A DNA stretch of 36,091 nucleotides from a virus: the IMG/VR virus record IMGVR_UViG_3300045988_081375, positions 1 through 36,091 of that record; one strand, written 5' to 3'. The translations under genes were made by a program, and so were the position numbers. Shown here piece after piece: positions 22,194 through 30,293 of the stretch (its first letter is position 1; every line of letters begins with the position of its first letter). The notes beneath the pieces are model-generated. The model was not told the DNA's origin and did no database searches. It saw only the letters and a list, made by a program, of their open reading frames with translations.

Positions 22194-23287
22194 TGAGTAC
22201 AACAATGAACATCACTAAAGGCAGAATCGAAACCGCCAAGAAGGTGGTTATATACGGCCCTGAGGGAATAGGCAAGTCAACGTTTGCATCGCAGTTTCCC
22301 AATCCGTTATTCATCGACACCGAGGGTAGTACAAAGGAAATGGACGTTGCCCGTTTTGATAAACCGACATCGTGGGAGTTGCTTAAGAGCCAGATTGAGT
22401 ATGTCAAGCTCAATAAGCCTTGTGCTACGCTTATAATTGATACGATAGACTGGGCGGAACAGCTTTGCATCAAGTCTATCTGCGATAAGTACGACAAAAA
22501 GGGCATCGAGGATTTCGGCTATGGCAACGGTTATGTGTACGAAAAGGAAGAGTTCGGCAGGTTCCTTAATCTGCTTGAAGAGGTTATCGAAGCCGGAGTT
22601 AACGTTGTACTCACAGCTCACGCTATTCTCAGAAAGTTTGAACAGCCCGATGAACTCGGAAGTTATGATCGCTGGGAACTGAAGCTCGGCAAGAAAACAA
22701 CCAATCTGATCTCTCCTCTTGTAAAAGAATGGGCTGATATGGTGCTTTTCGCAAACTACAAGACTATTTCGGTAGCGGTTGACAAGGACGGCAAAAAACA
22801 TAAGGCGCAGGGCGGCAGACGCATAATGTACACGTCACATCATCCCTGCTGGGACGCAAAGAATCGTTACGGTTTGCCGGAAGAAATTCCGATGGAGTAC
22901 GGGCAGATAAAGCACATTATCGAAAGAAATATTGCCGCACAGCCTGCCGCTACCGTTCAGACTGCGCCTGTTGCAAAAGTGGCAGCCGCAGAAAACGCAA
23001 CAACCGCCACGAATGATAATGTAACGCCGGCTCCTGCTCCGGCAATAACGCAGGAAAGCTCAGGAATACCCAAAGCTCTTGCGGACCTTATGACAGCAAA
23101 CAGCATAACGGAAGAGCAGATAAGAGCGGCAGTAGCAAGCAAGGGATATTTCCCTGCCGATATGCCGATAAAGGACTATCCCAAGGAATTTATCGAGGGC
23201 GTGCTTATCGGGGCATGGGAGCAGGTAAAAGCAATGATAACGGAAATGCTTATGACAGACTATGAGAACGAGGCTTACCTGTTCTGA
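22193..23287 (+). CDS. AAA_24-family (Sak4-like) RecA-fold ATPase
   Basis: TGATG stop-start overlap. Walker A YGPEGIGKSTF and LIIDTIDWAEQL. Ala/Pro-rich linker and a C-terminal domain. Confidence 0.75.
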   Translation: MSTTMNITKGRIETAKKVVIYGPEGIGKSTFASQFPNPLFIDTEGSTKEMDVARFDKPTSWELLKSQIEYVKLNKPCATLIIDTIDWAEQLCIKSICDKYDKKGIEDFGYGNGYVYEKEEFGRFLNLLEEVIEAGVNVVLTAHAILRKFEQPDELGSYDRWELKLGKKTTNLISPLVKEWADMVLFANYKTISVAVDKDGKKHKAQGGRRIMYTSHHPCWDAKNRYGLPEEIPMEYGQIKHIIERNIAAQPAATVQTAPVAKVAAAENATTATNDNVTPAPAPAITQESSGIPKALADLMTANSITEEQIRAAVASKGYFPADMPIKDYPKEFIEGVLIGAWEQVKAMITEMLMTDYENEAYLF

Positions 23288-23309
23288 TAAACGAAAGGAG
23301 AAATAACAC

Positions 23310-23792
23310 ATGAGTGAATTTGAAAAAGAATTAGGCTGGGACGACGTAATTGAGAAAGAAAGCGATTTTACGCTTCTTCCCGCAGGTGACTACGACTTTA
23401 CGATAACAGGCTTCGAGCGTGCGAGATATGAGGGCGGCGAAAAACTGCCGCCTTGCAACAAGGCTGTAGTATCTATTCATATAGACGCTCCGGAAGGCTC
23501 AACTACAATTCAGCATAATCTGTTTTTGCACAGCAAGTGCGAGGGTATGCTTTCGGCATTCTTTATCGGCATAGGTCAGAAGAAACACGGCGAACCGCTT
23601 CGCATGAACTGGAACAACGTCATCGGTGCCAAAGGTCGGTGCAAGGTGTACATAGATACTTGGAAGAACAAGAACGGCGAAGAAATGCAGTCTAACAGAA
23701 TAAAAAAATTCTATGAGCCGTCACCTGCACAGACTGTTTCTCAGGCACCTGCAAGCTCTCAGGCGGGTGTATTTACACCGGGTAAATTCTGA
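23310..23792 (+). CDS. DUF669-family protein (probable ssDNA-binding partner of AAA_24)
   Basis: LLPAGDYDFTITGFERARYEGGEKLPPCNKAVVSIHID pattern, plus the conserved AAA_24-DUF669-helicase gene order. Confidence 0.55.
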   Translation: MSEFEKELGWDDVIEKESDFTLLPAGDYDFTITGFERARYEGGEKLPPCNKAVVSIHIDAPEGSTTIQHNLFLHSKCEGMLSAFFIGIGQKKHGEPLRMNWNNVIGAKGRCKVYIDTWKNKNGEEMQSNRIKKFYEPSPAQTVSQAPASSQAGVFTPGKF

Positions 23793-25399
23793 TGGAATTA
23801 AGACCGTATCAGAAAGAAGCCAAAACAGCGGTACTTTCACAGTGGGAGCAGGGTAATTCAAAAACCCTGCTCGTACTGCCTACGGGTTGCGGTAAAACGA
23901 TAGTTTTTGCAAAAATCGCAGAAGACCGTGTCCGCAACGGAGAAAGGGTACTTATACTTGCGCACAGGGGCGAACTGCTTGAACAGGCGGCGGACAAGAT
24001 ACTGAATGCATGTGGGCTTGGCTGTGCTGTAGAAAAGGCGGAAGAAAGCTGTATAGGCTCATGGTATCGTATAACGGTAGGCTCTGTACAGTCGCTTATG
24101 AGAGAAAAGCGACTTGCACAATTTTCAAAAGACTATTTCAATACGATCATAATTGATGAAGCGCATCATTCCATTTCGGACAGCTATCAGAAGATACTCG
24201 GATATTTTGATGAAGCAAAGGTACTCGGAGTTACGGCAACGCCGGACAGAGGAGATATGAAAAATCTCGGACAGGTATTCGACAGCCTGGCGTATGAATA
24301 TACTTTGCCGAGAGCTATCAAAGAAGGGTATCTTTCACCGATAAAGGCACTCACCATTCCTCTGAAACTCGATTTGACAGGTGTCGGTACTCAGGCAGGA
24401 GATTATAAGGCGAGTGACATTGACACAGCTCTTGACCCTTATCTGTATCAGATAGCGGATGAAATGCTGAAATATTGCAAGGAACGTAAAACGGTAGTGT
24501 TTCTGCCGCTTATAAAAACGAGTCAGAAATTTTGCAAGATACTTAACGAAAAAGGCTTCCGCTCTGCAGAAGTCAACGGAAATAGCATTGACAGAGGTAC
24601 TGTTCTTGCTGATTTCGATAGCGGTAAATATAATGTGCTGTGTAATTCGATGCTTCTGACGGAAGGCTGGGACTGTCCAAGCGTCGATTGCGTAATAGTT
24701 CTCAGACCTACTAAGGTAAGAGGGCTGTACTGTCAGATGGTCGGCAGAGGAACAAGGCTTTGTGAGGGCAAAAAAGATCTGTTGCTCCTTGATTTTTTGT
24801 GGCATACCGAAAGGCACGAGCTGTGTCGTCCTGCACATTTGATATGCGAAAGCCCGGAAGTCGCCGAAAAGATGACTGAAAATATTGCAAAGGCAGGTAT
24901 GCCGGTTGACATTGAGCAAGCGGAAGAAAAAGCAAAAGAAGATGTAGTTGCTCAGCGTGAGGAAGCACTTGCAAAACAGCTTGCGGAAATGAAAAAACGC
25001 AAGAGAAAACTTGTAGATCCTCTCCAGTATGAAATGAGCATTCAGGCGGAAGACTTATCTTCTTATGTTCCTGCGTTCGGTTGGGAGTGCTCTCCGCCGT
25101 CGGATAAGCAAAAGGCGACCCTTGAAAAGCTCGGTATATTCCCCGACGAGATAGACAATGCCGGCAAAGCTCAGCTGTTACTTGATAGGCTCGGCAAACG
25201 GCGCAATCTCGGACTTACTACTCCAAAGCAGATACGTTTTCTTGAAAGCAGAGGTTTTCAGCACGTAGGTACATGGCAGTTTGAAAGTGCAAGAAATCTG
25301 ATTGACAGAATAGCGGCTAACAACTGGCACGTTCCGAACGGAATAGATCCTGCAAGCTATGAACCGAAGGTGGTGAATAATTCAGATGTCGGAATTTGA
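23792..25399 (+). CDS. SF2 DEAD/DEAH-box helicase
   Basis: LRPYQ, motif I LPTGCGKT, motif II IIIDEAHH, motif III GVTATP, motif VI QMVGRGTR. Confidence 0.9.
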   Translation: MELRPYQKEAKTAVLSQWEQGNSKTLLVLPTGCGKTIVFAKIAEDRVRNGERVLILAHRGELLEQAADKILNACGLGCAVEKAEESCIGSWYRITVGSVQSLMREKRLAQFSKDYFNTIIIDEAHHSISDSYQKILGYFDEAKVLGVTATPDRGDMKNLGQVFDSLAYEYTLPRAIKEGYLSPIKALTIPLKLDLTGVGTQAGDYKASDIDTALDPYLYQIADEMLKYCKERKTVVFLPLIKTSQKFCKILNEKGFRSAEVNGNSIDRGTVLADFDSGKYNVLCNSMLLTEGWDCPSVDCVIVLRPTKVRGLYCQMVGRGTRLCEGKKDLLLLDFLWHTERHELCRPAHLICESPEVAEKMTENIAKAGMPVDIEQAEEKAKEDVVAQREEALAKQLAEMKKRKRKLVDPLQYEMSIQAEDLSSYVPAFGWECSPPSDKQKATLEKLGIFPDEIDNAGKAQLLLDRLGKRRNLGLTTPKQIRFLESRGFQHVGTWQFESARNLIDRIAANNWHVPNGIDPASYEPKVVNNSDVGI

Positions 25400-27605
25400 T
25401 TTTGACCTTAACGAAGCACTTAAATATATAAGCCCGTCAGACCTTTCCTATCAGGAATGGGTGAATGTCGGTATGGCACTCAAAGAAGAGGGCTATTCCG
25501 TTACCGTATGGGATAACTGGTCGGCAAATGACAACAGATACCATAAAGGCGAATGTGAAAAGAAATGGGAGAGCTTCAACGGCTCTTCCTCGCCTGTCAC
25601 GGGCGCTACCATAGTTCAGATGGCTAAGGACAGAGGAATGATGTTCGGCACGGGAGAAGACCGTGAACTTGACTGGGACGATGAAATATCATACGAACAT
25701 CACGATGAACACGTTGTTGTAAACAAAAACTGGATAGAGGGCAAAGAAATAAACGCTCCGACAGACTGGCAGCCTCACAGAGAAATAATCAGATACCTTG
25801 AAGCATTATTCGAGCAGAGCGAAAATGTCGGATATGTTGTGCAAAGCTACGAAAAAGACGGTAAATTCATACCTGCCAACAAGGGCTATTATGACCGCAC
25901 GGCAGGTCAGCTTATCGAATCATTGTCGCAGTGTGACGGCGATATAGGCTCTGTTCTCGGTGATTACAACACTCAGGCGGGGGCGTGGATACGTTTCAAT
26001 CCTCTTGACGGCAAAGGCGTAAAGAATGAAAACGTAACCGAATACAGATATGCGCTTGTCGAAAGCGACAATGTAGATATAGAAAAACAGCACGCAATCA
26101 TCTGCGAGCTTGAACTGCCCGTAGCTGTGCTTGTGTACAGCGGAAAGAAGTCACTGCACGCTATTGTAAAGGTAGATGCCGCAAATTACGATGAATACCG
26201 TAAACGTGTAGATTTTCTGTATCAGATATGTCAGAAAAACGGACTGTCACCCGATACGCAGAATCGTAATCCGTCAAGATTATCACGTCTTCCCGGTGTT
26301 CAGCGTGGTGAAAACAGGCAGTATATAGTTGATACAGACATCGGTAAAAACGGTTGGGATGAGTGGCGGGAATGGATAGAAAGTGTAAATGACGACCTGC
26401 CCGATACCGAGAGCATGGCTGATGCGTGGAACAATCTTCCGGAACTTGCACCGCCACTTATTGATGGTATACTCAGACAGGGACATAAAATGCTTATCGC
26501 AGGACCGTCAAAGGCGGGTAAGTCGTATGCTCTTATAGAAATGTGCTGTGCAATAGCGGAAGGCAAAGAATGGCTTGGCTGGAACTGTACCAAAGGTAGG
26601 GTGTTGTATGTAAATCTTGAGCTTGACAGGGCTTCTTGCCTGCACCGTTTCAAAGATGTATATACAACACTTGGCTGGGAACCTCAAAATCTTAGTAATA
26701 TTGATATATGGAACCTAAGAGGTAAGTCTGTGCCGATGGACAAGCTCGCACCGAAACTTATCCGCCGTGCGAGCAAGAAGAACTATATCGCCATTATCAT
26801 AGACCCGATTTATAAGGTTATTACCGGTGACGAGAACAGCGCAGATCAGATGGCGCATTTCTGCAATCAGTTTGATAAGGTATGCACGGAACTTGGCTGT
26901 GCAGTTATATACTGCCATCACCATTCAAAAGGTGCACAGGGCGGTAAGCGTTCAATGGACAGAGCCTCGGGTTCAGGTGTATTCGCAAGAGATCCCGATG
27001 CACTGCTTGACCTTACGGAGCTGGAGCTTACCGACAGCATAATAAAGCACGAAAAAGATAAGATGACCTGTAAGATCTGTTACGATCAGCTGAAGAAATG
27101 CGGACACGAAGACGATGTTTCACAGGATGATATATGCAGTGCAAAGCAGATGCGTGAAGCGCTCAGAAACGCTGTGCCGGACGCAGATTATAAGCATGTG
27201 TGTGATTTCATTACCAAGTGTGAAAAACGCACAGAGAGCCGTACAGCGTGGCGTATAGAAGGCACGCTCCGAGAGTTCCCGAAGTTCCCGCCGGTGAACG
27301 TTTGGTTTGATTATCCCGTTCATCGTATAGACAAGACCGACGTATTAAAAGACATACAGCCCGATGACGGCAGAGCAGTAGGCTGGCAGAAGAATTTCAG
27401 CAAGAAAAAGACCGAAAAGGAACGTAAGGACGAGCGTAAAGAATCGCTCGAAACGGCATTTGATGCTTGCATGATTGACGGCAAGGTTACTTTATCCGGT
27501 ATGGCCGAGTATATGGGCGTGACCGAAAAGACGGTCCGAAACCGTATAAAAGAGCACGGCGGTTTCTGGATTGACGATAACGAGGTAGGGAAAAAGTCGA
27601 AGTGA
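25386..27605 (+). CDS. primase-polymerase / AAA_25 replicative ATPase fusion with C-terminal HTH
   Basis: PriCT-2-like WVNVGMALKEEGYSVTVWDNWSANDNRYHKGECEKKWESF. AEP-like SGKKSLHAIVKV and NPSRLSRLPG. P-loop AGPSKAGKSY. C-terminus GMAEYMGVTEKTVRNRIKEHG. Confidence 0.8.
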   Translation: MSEFDFDLNEALKYISPSDLSYQEWVNVGMALKEEGYSVTVWDNWSANDNRYHKGECEKKWESFNGSSSPVTGATIVQMAKDRGMMFGTGEDRELDWDDEISYEHHDEHVVVNKNWIEGKEINAPTDWQPHREIIRYLEALFEQSENVGYVVQSYEKDGKFIPANKGYYDRTAGQLIESLSQCDGDIGSVLGDYNTQAGAWIRFNPLDGKGVKNENVTEYRYALVESDNVDIEKQHAIICELELPVAVLVYSGKKSLHAIVKVDAANYDEYRKRVDFLYQICQKNGLSPDTQNRNPSRLSRLPGVQRGENRQYIVDTDIGKNGWDEWREWIESVNDDLPDTESMADAWNNLPELAPPLIDGILRQGHKMLIAGPSKAGKSYALIEMCCAIAEGKEWLGWNCTKGRVLYVNLELDRASCLHRFKDVYTTLGWEPQNLSNIDIWNLRGKSVPMDKLAPKLIRRASKKNYIAIIIDPIYKVITGDENSADQMAHFCNQFDKVCTELGCAVIYCHHHSKGAQGGKRSMDRASGSGVFARDPDALLDLTELELTDSIIKHEKDKMTCKICYDQLKKCGHEDDVSQDDICSAKQMREALRNAVPDADYKHVCDFITKCEKRTESRTAWRIEGTLREFPKFPPVNVWFDYPVHRIDKTDVLKDIQPDDGRAVGWQKNFSKKKTEKERKDERKESLETAFDACMIDGKVTLSGMAEYMGVTEKTVRNRIKEHGGFWIDDNEVGKKSK

Positions 27606-27870
27606 AAACTTTCATTGCGAGGGAAAATCTCGGTGATTTTCATTTTCACTGACAGGGAAAATGTCGAGAAAATTTCTTTCACTGTCAGTGAAAAAGTCGA
27701 GAATTTTCACTTTCCCTACAGAGTGAAAAAGTCGGTGAATTATCGAGATTTTCACTGTCAGGGAAAATGCTATATACTACGTATATAGGTTTTTTCTTTC
27801 CCTGACGGTCACAGGGTGAAGTAGTCGTGCGACAGCTACGCACGACGACTTCTTCCCCTGACTGTGACAA
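27588..27870. repeat. iteron and inverted-repeat array, candidate replication origin
   Basis: Six G(G/T)GAAAA(A/T)-type iterons, five of them followed by (N)TCG, at 27588, 27621, 27654, 27688 and 27723; the copy at 27761 reads GGGAAAATGCT. Four TTTCAC..GTGAAA-type palindromes include a perfect tttcactg-t-cagtgaaa at 27678-27694. Also the AT-rich palindrome ctatatac-tac-gtatatag (27771-27789) and gtcgtgcg..cgcacgac (27825-27847). Confidence 0.55.
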
Positions 27871-27907
27871 AAGCACTGATTAAAAATCCAAAAGGAGATG
27901 TTAATAT

Positions 27908-28309
27908 ATGGGTAATAGCTTGAGCTTTTTTATGCCGATGATACCGCCTACGGTAACGGCACAGGAACACAAAGTAACGGTTTCTCACGGCAAGCCGATA
28001 TTCTATGATCCGCCCGAAGTCAGATCGGCGAAGGCTAAACTGACAGCGTACCTTTCTCAGCATAAACCCGACAAGCCGTATAAAAAGGGCGTAAGGCTGA
28101 CGACAAAGTGGCTGTTCCCGAAAGAACGGCACAAAGACGGAGAGTATCGTATAACGAAGCCAGATACCGACAATCTTCAGAAAATGCTGAAGGACTGCAT
28201 GACTGTTTGCGGGTTCTGGACTGACGATGCGCTTGTCGCAAGCGAGATATGTGAAAAGTTCTGGGCGGCAAATCCCGGAATATATATCAAGGTCGAGGTG
28301 CTGAAATGA
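27908..28309 (+). CDS. rusA: RusA-family Holliday junction resolvase
   Basis: PPTVTAQEHK ... ITKPDTDNLQKMLKDCMT ... FWTDDALV, the characteristic RusA Asp motifs. Confidence 0.85.
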   Translation: MGNSLSFFMPMIPPTVTAQEHKVTVSHGKPIFYDPPEVRSAKAKLTAYLSQHKPDKPYKKGVRLTTKWLFPKERHKDGEYRITKPDTDNLQKMLKDCMTVCGFWTDDALVASEICEKFWAANPGIYIKVEVLK

Positions 28310-28503
28310 CGATAGACGAAGTTCAGCAGGCTATTGTAAGCGGTCAGACCGTAAGGCATACACACGGAGGAATAACCGCCGAATACACAATAAGCGGTGT
28401 TATATCCCGTTACAGCAAGATAAGAGGCTGGTATTATGTGCTTGAGCTTAAAGACAAGAAAGCAGACAGCTTGTCTGTTGTGAATATGGAGGAGGTACAA
28501 TGA
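28306..28503 (+). CDS. hypothetical protein
   Basis: 65 aa with 4-nt overlaps on both sides. No recognisable motif. Confidence 0.5.
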   Translation: MTIDEVQQAIVSGQTVRHTHGGITAEYTISGVISRYSKIRGWYYVLELKDKKADSLSVVNMEEVQ

Positions 28504-28877
28504 CCAAACAAGAACTTAAAGATTACCGCTACACCTGCAAGTGTATCAAGCAGCTTGAATCAGAGTTGAACGATGCGGCAGTAACCGACAGCACGCAGGG
28601 TTCGCAGAGCGAGTACCCCTATGTCAAACATAGCGTCACGATTTCCGGCGTTCCGGATAACGATACACACCTTGCCAAGAAAAGAAGACTGTCCGAACTT
28701 AAAGCACAGAAAGCAGAAGTAGAACGCTTCATCGGCAATATTGCGGACAATCAGACAAGGGATATGTTCTACTACAGGTACATACAAGGCTATACAATGG
28801 TGAGAACTGCGGTAGAAATCGGTGGAGATAACACACCCGACAGTGTGAGAATGCGAATAAATCGGTATTTGCGTTAA
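28500..28877 (+). CDS. putative late transcriptional activator (sigma region-4-like, ArpU/RinA/DUF1492-type)
   Basis: 125 aa and the last gene before the packaging module. The N-terminal ELKDYRY...I..LE.EL and C-terminal FYYRYIQGYTMVRTAVEIG..TPDSVRMRINRYL pattern is typical of such regulators. Confidence 0.5.
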   Translation: MTKQELKDYRYTCKCIKQLESELNDAAVTDSTQGSQSEYPYVKHSVTISGVPDNDTHLAKKRRLSELKAQKAEVERFIGNIADNQTRDMFYYRYIQGYTMVRTAVEIGGDNTPDSVRMRINRYLR

Positions 28878-28940
28878 TGTTGTTCGTTTTGTTCGTTTTA
28901 AGGGTGCTATAATTTAAAATGACAAAATATAAATAAATTG

Positions 28941-28969
28941 TTGACACCTCCAAAATAATCGGTTATAAT
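28941..28969 (+). promoter_or_regulatory. perfect consensus sigma-70 promoter of the second moron
   Basis: TTGACA at 28941-28946, an exact 17-nt spacer, and TATAAT at 28964-28969. Confidence 0.75.
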
Positions 28970-29000
28970 GTAGAAAACTGGTGTTTTTTTGGAGGTGTCA

Positions 29001-29876
29001 ATGATGAGTGAACAAAATGTAAAACAATCAAAAAGTGATTCTGAAGTCCAAAATAATAAAAAATGTTTTATAATCATGCCTATATCTACACCAGAGGGCT
29101 ATACAGAGAATCATTTTAAGCAAGTTTATGAGACGATAATTGCGCCAGCCGTAGTAAAAGCTGGTTATGAGCCTTATAGAGTGGATGATGATCGTATTTG
29201 TGATAGCATAATCGATAAAATATTGAGAAATCTTGTCGAATGCGAAATGGCAGTATGTGATTTAAGCTCAAGAAATCCTAATGTCATGTATGAATTAGGC
29301 ATAAGACAGGCTTACGGCAAAAAAGTTGTTTTAATACAAGATGAGAAATCTCAACCTATATTTGATGTCTCAGCAATCAATACTGTGTTCTATAATAGTA
29401 GACGCATCTATGAAGACGTTATTGCGTCCCAAAACAATATTTCAGAAGCAATAATATCAACAGCTAAAGAAGATAGTATTTCATTAATGTCGATTGCGAA
29501 TATGCGTCCTGCTACTATTGAAGCGCAGAGTGAAAATGATGATAAGCAGATTTCAGAAAAGTTGTTACTTTCAATTTTAAGCACAGTAAGAAGATTGGAA
29601 CAATCACAAGTGATGCAAAGTAGAAAATTGAATGTTCCTATTACGTCTAACGATTACATACTTGCTAGATATTTCGATTTGCAAAATGATATTGATAAAG
29701 CAATTAGCCGTCAAAAAGTTGATAAAGATGAGCTAGATTACTATCGTAGAAAAATATCATTTTTTATTAGTGAACTGCTACATGATTCAAATATGTTGTC
29801 TGATGAACAAAAAGATATTTTAGCTTCAGCTATCAATATTAGAAATAAATTACAAACTATGATTGATGAAATATAA
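29001..29876 (+). CDS. moron protein: Rossmann-like deoxyribosyltransferase/TIR-like N-domain plus helical C-domain (function unknown)
   Basis: ATG at 29001 after GGAGG. N-domain pattern CFIIMPIS...VYETIIAPAVVKAGYEPYRVDDD...CEMAVCDLSSRNPNVMYELGIRQAYGKKVVLIQDE. About one third G+C in hand-counted 60-nt lines, against about 45 percent in flanking genes. Confidence 0.8.
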   Translation: MMSEQNVKQSKSDSEVQNNKKCFIIMPISTPEGYTENHFKQVYETIIAPAVVKAGYEPYRVDDDRICDSIIDKILRNLVECEMAVCDLSSRNPNVMYELGIRQAYGKKVVLIQDEKSQPIFDVSAINTVFYNSRRIYEDVIASQNNISEAIISTAKEDSISLMSIANMRPATIEAQSENDDKQISEKLLLSILSTVRRLEQSQVMQSRKLNVPITSNDYILARYFDLQNDIDKAISRQKVDKDELDYYRRKISFFISELLHDSNMLSDEQKDILASAINIRNKLQTMIDEI

Positions 29877-29883
29877 AATATAA

Positions 29884-29912
29884 CCGCTCCCTAACCGGAG
29901 CGGCTATTTTTT
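29884..29912 (+). terminator. rho-independent terminator of the second moron
   Basis: Stem ccgctcc/ggagcgg with loop ctaacc, followed by ctaTTTTTT. Confidence 0.7.
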
Positions 29913-29939
29913 ATACCCAAAAGAAAGGACGGTGTTACC

Positions 29940-30293
29940 GTGACCGAAAGACAGAAGAAATTCGCCGAATATTACGCTCAGTGCGGTAACGCCGCCCAGA
30001 GTGCAATACAGGCAGGATACAGCAAAAAGTATGCAAATACTAATGCTTCAAAATTACTACAAAATACTACAATTACGGAATACATAAAACAGCTCACCGA
30101 AGACGCCCAGACTGCACGCATAATGACCGCCTGCGAACGGCAAGCTTTGTTATCCGATATAGCTAAGGATAAACAGAACGAGCTGTCGGACAGGATACGG
30201 GCAATAGACACGCTGAATAAGATGACGGGGGAGTACACGCAGAAGGTCAGCATTGACGGAGATGTGGGAGTGAAGATAGTTGACGACTGTTAA
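29940..30293 (+). CDS. terS: terminase small subunit (Terminase_2 type)
   Basis: GTG start. RQKKFAEYYAQCGNAAQSAIQAGYSKKYANTNASKLLQN is the classic small-terminase HTH. Confidence 0.85.
   Translation: MTERQKKFAEYYAQCGNAAQSAIQAGYSKKYANTNASKLLQNTTITEYIKQLTEDAQTARIMTACERQALLSDIAKDKQNELSDRIRAIDTLNKMTGEYTQKVSIDGDVGVKIVDDC

Noticed and set aside
22307-24919. 164-aa (22307-22801) and 194-aa (24335-24919) minus-strand ORFs in the AAA_24 and helicase genes
   Set aside because: Both are fully embedded antisense to genes with unambiguous Walker and helicase motifs. They have no RBS and no recognisable motifs.
27600-27800. Possible CRISPR-like array, suggested by the regularly recurring ~12-19 bp motifs
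   Set aside because: The repeats are short, partly inverted, and separated by irregular short gaps rather than unique 30-40 bp spacers. No cas genes or leader are present. An iteron/origin interpretation fits better.
27685-28132. Minus-strand ORFs 27685-27876 and 27836-28132
   Set aside because: The first lies wholly in the repeat array. The second is antisense to the RusA gene, whose catalytic motifs are clear. Neither has an RBS.
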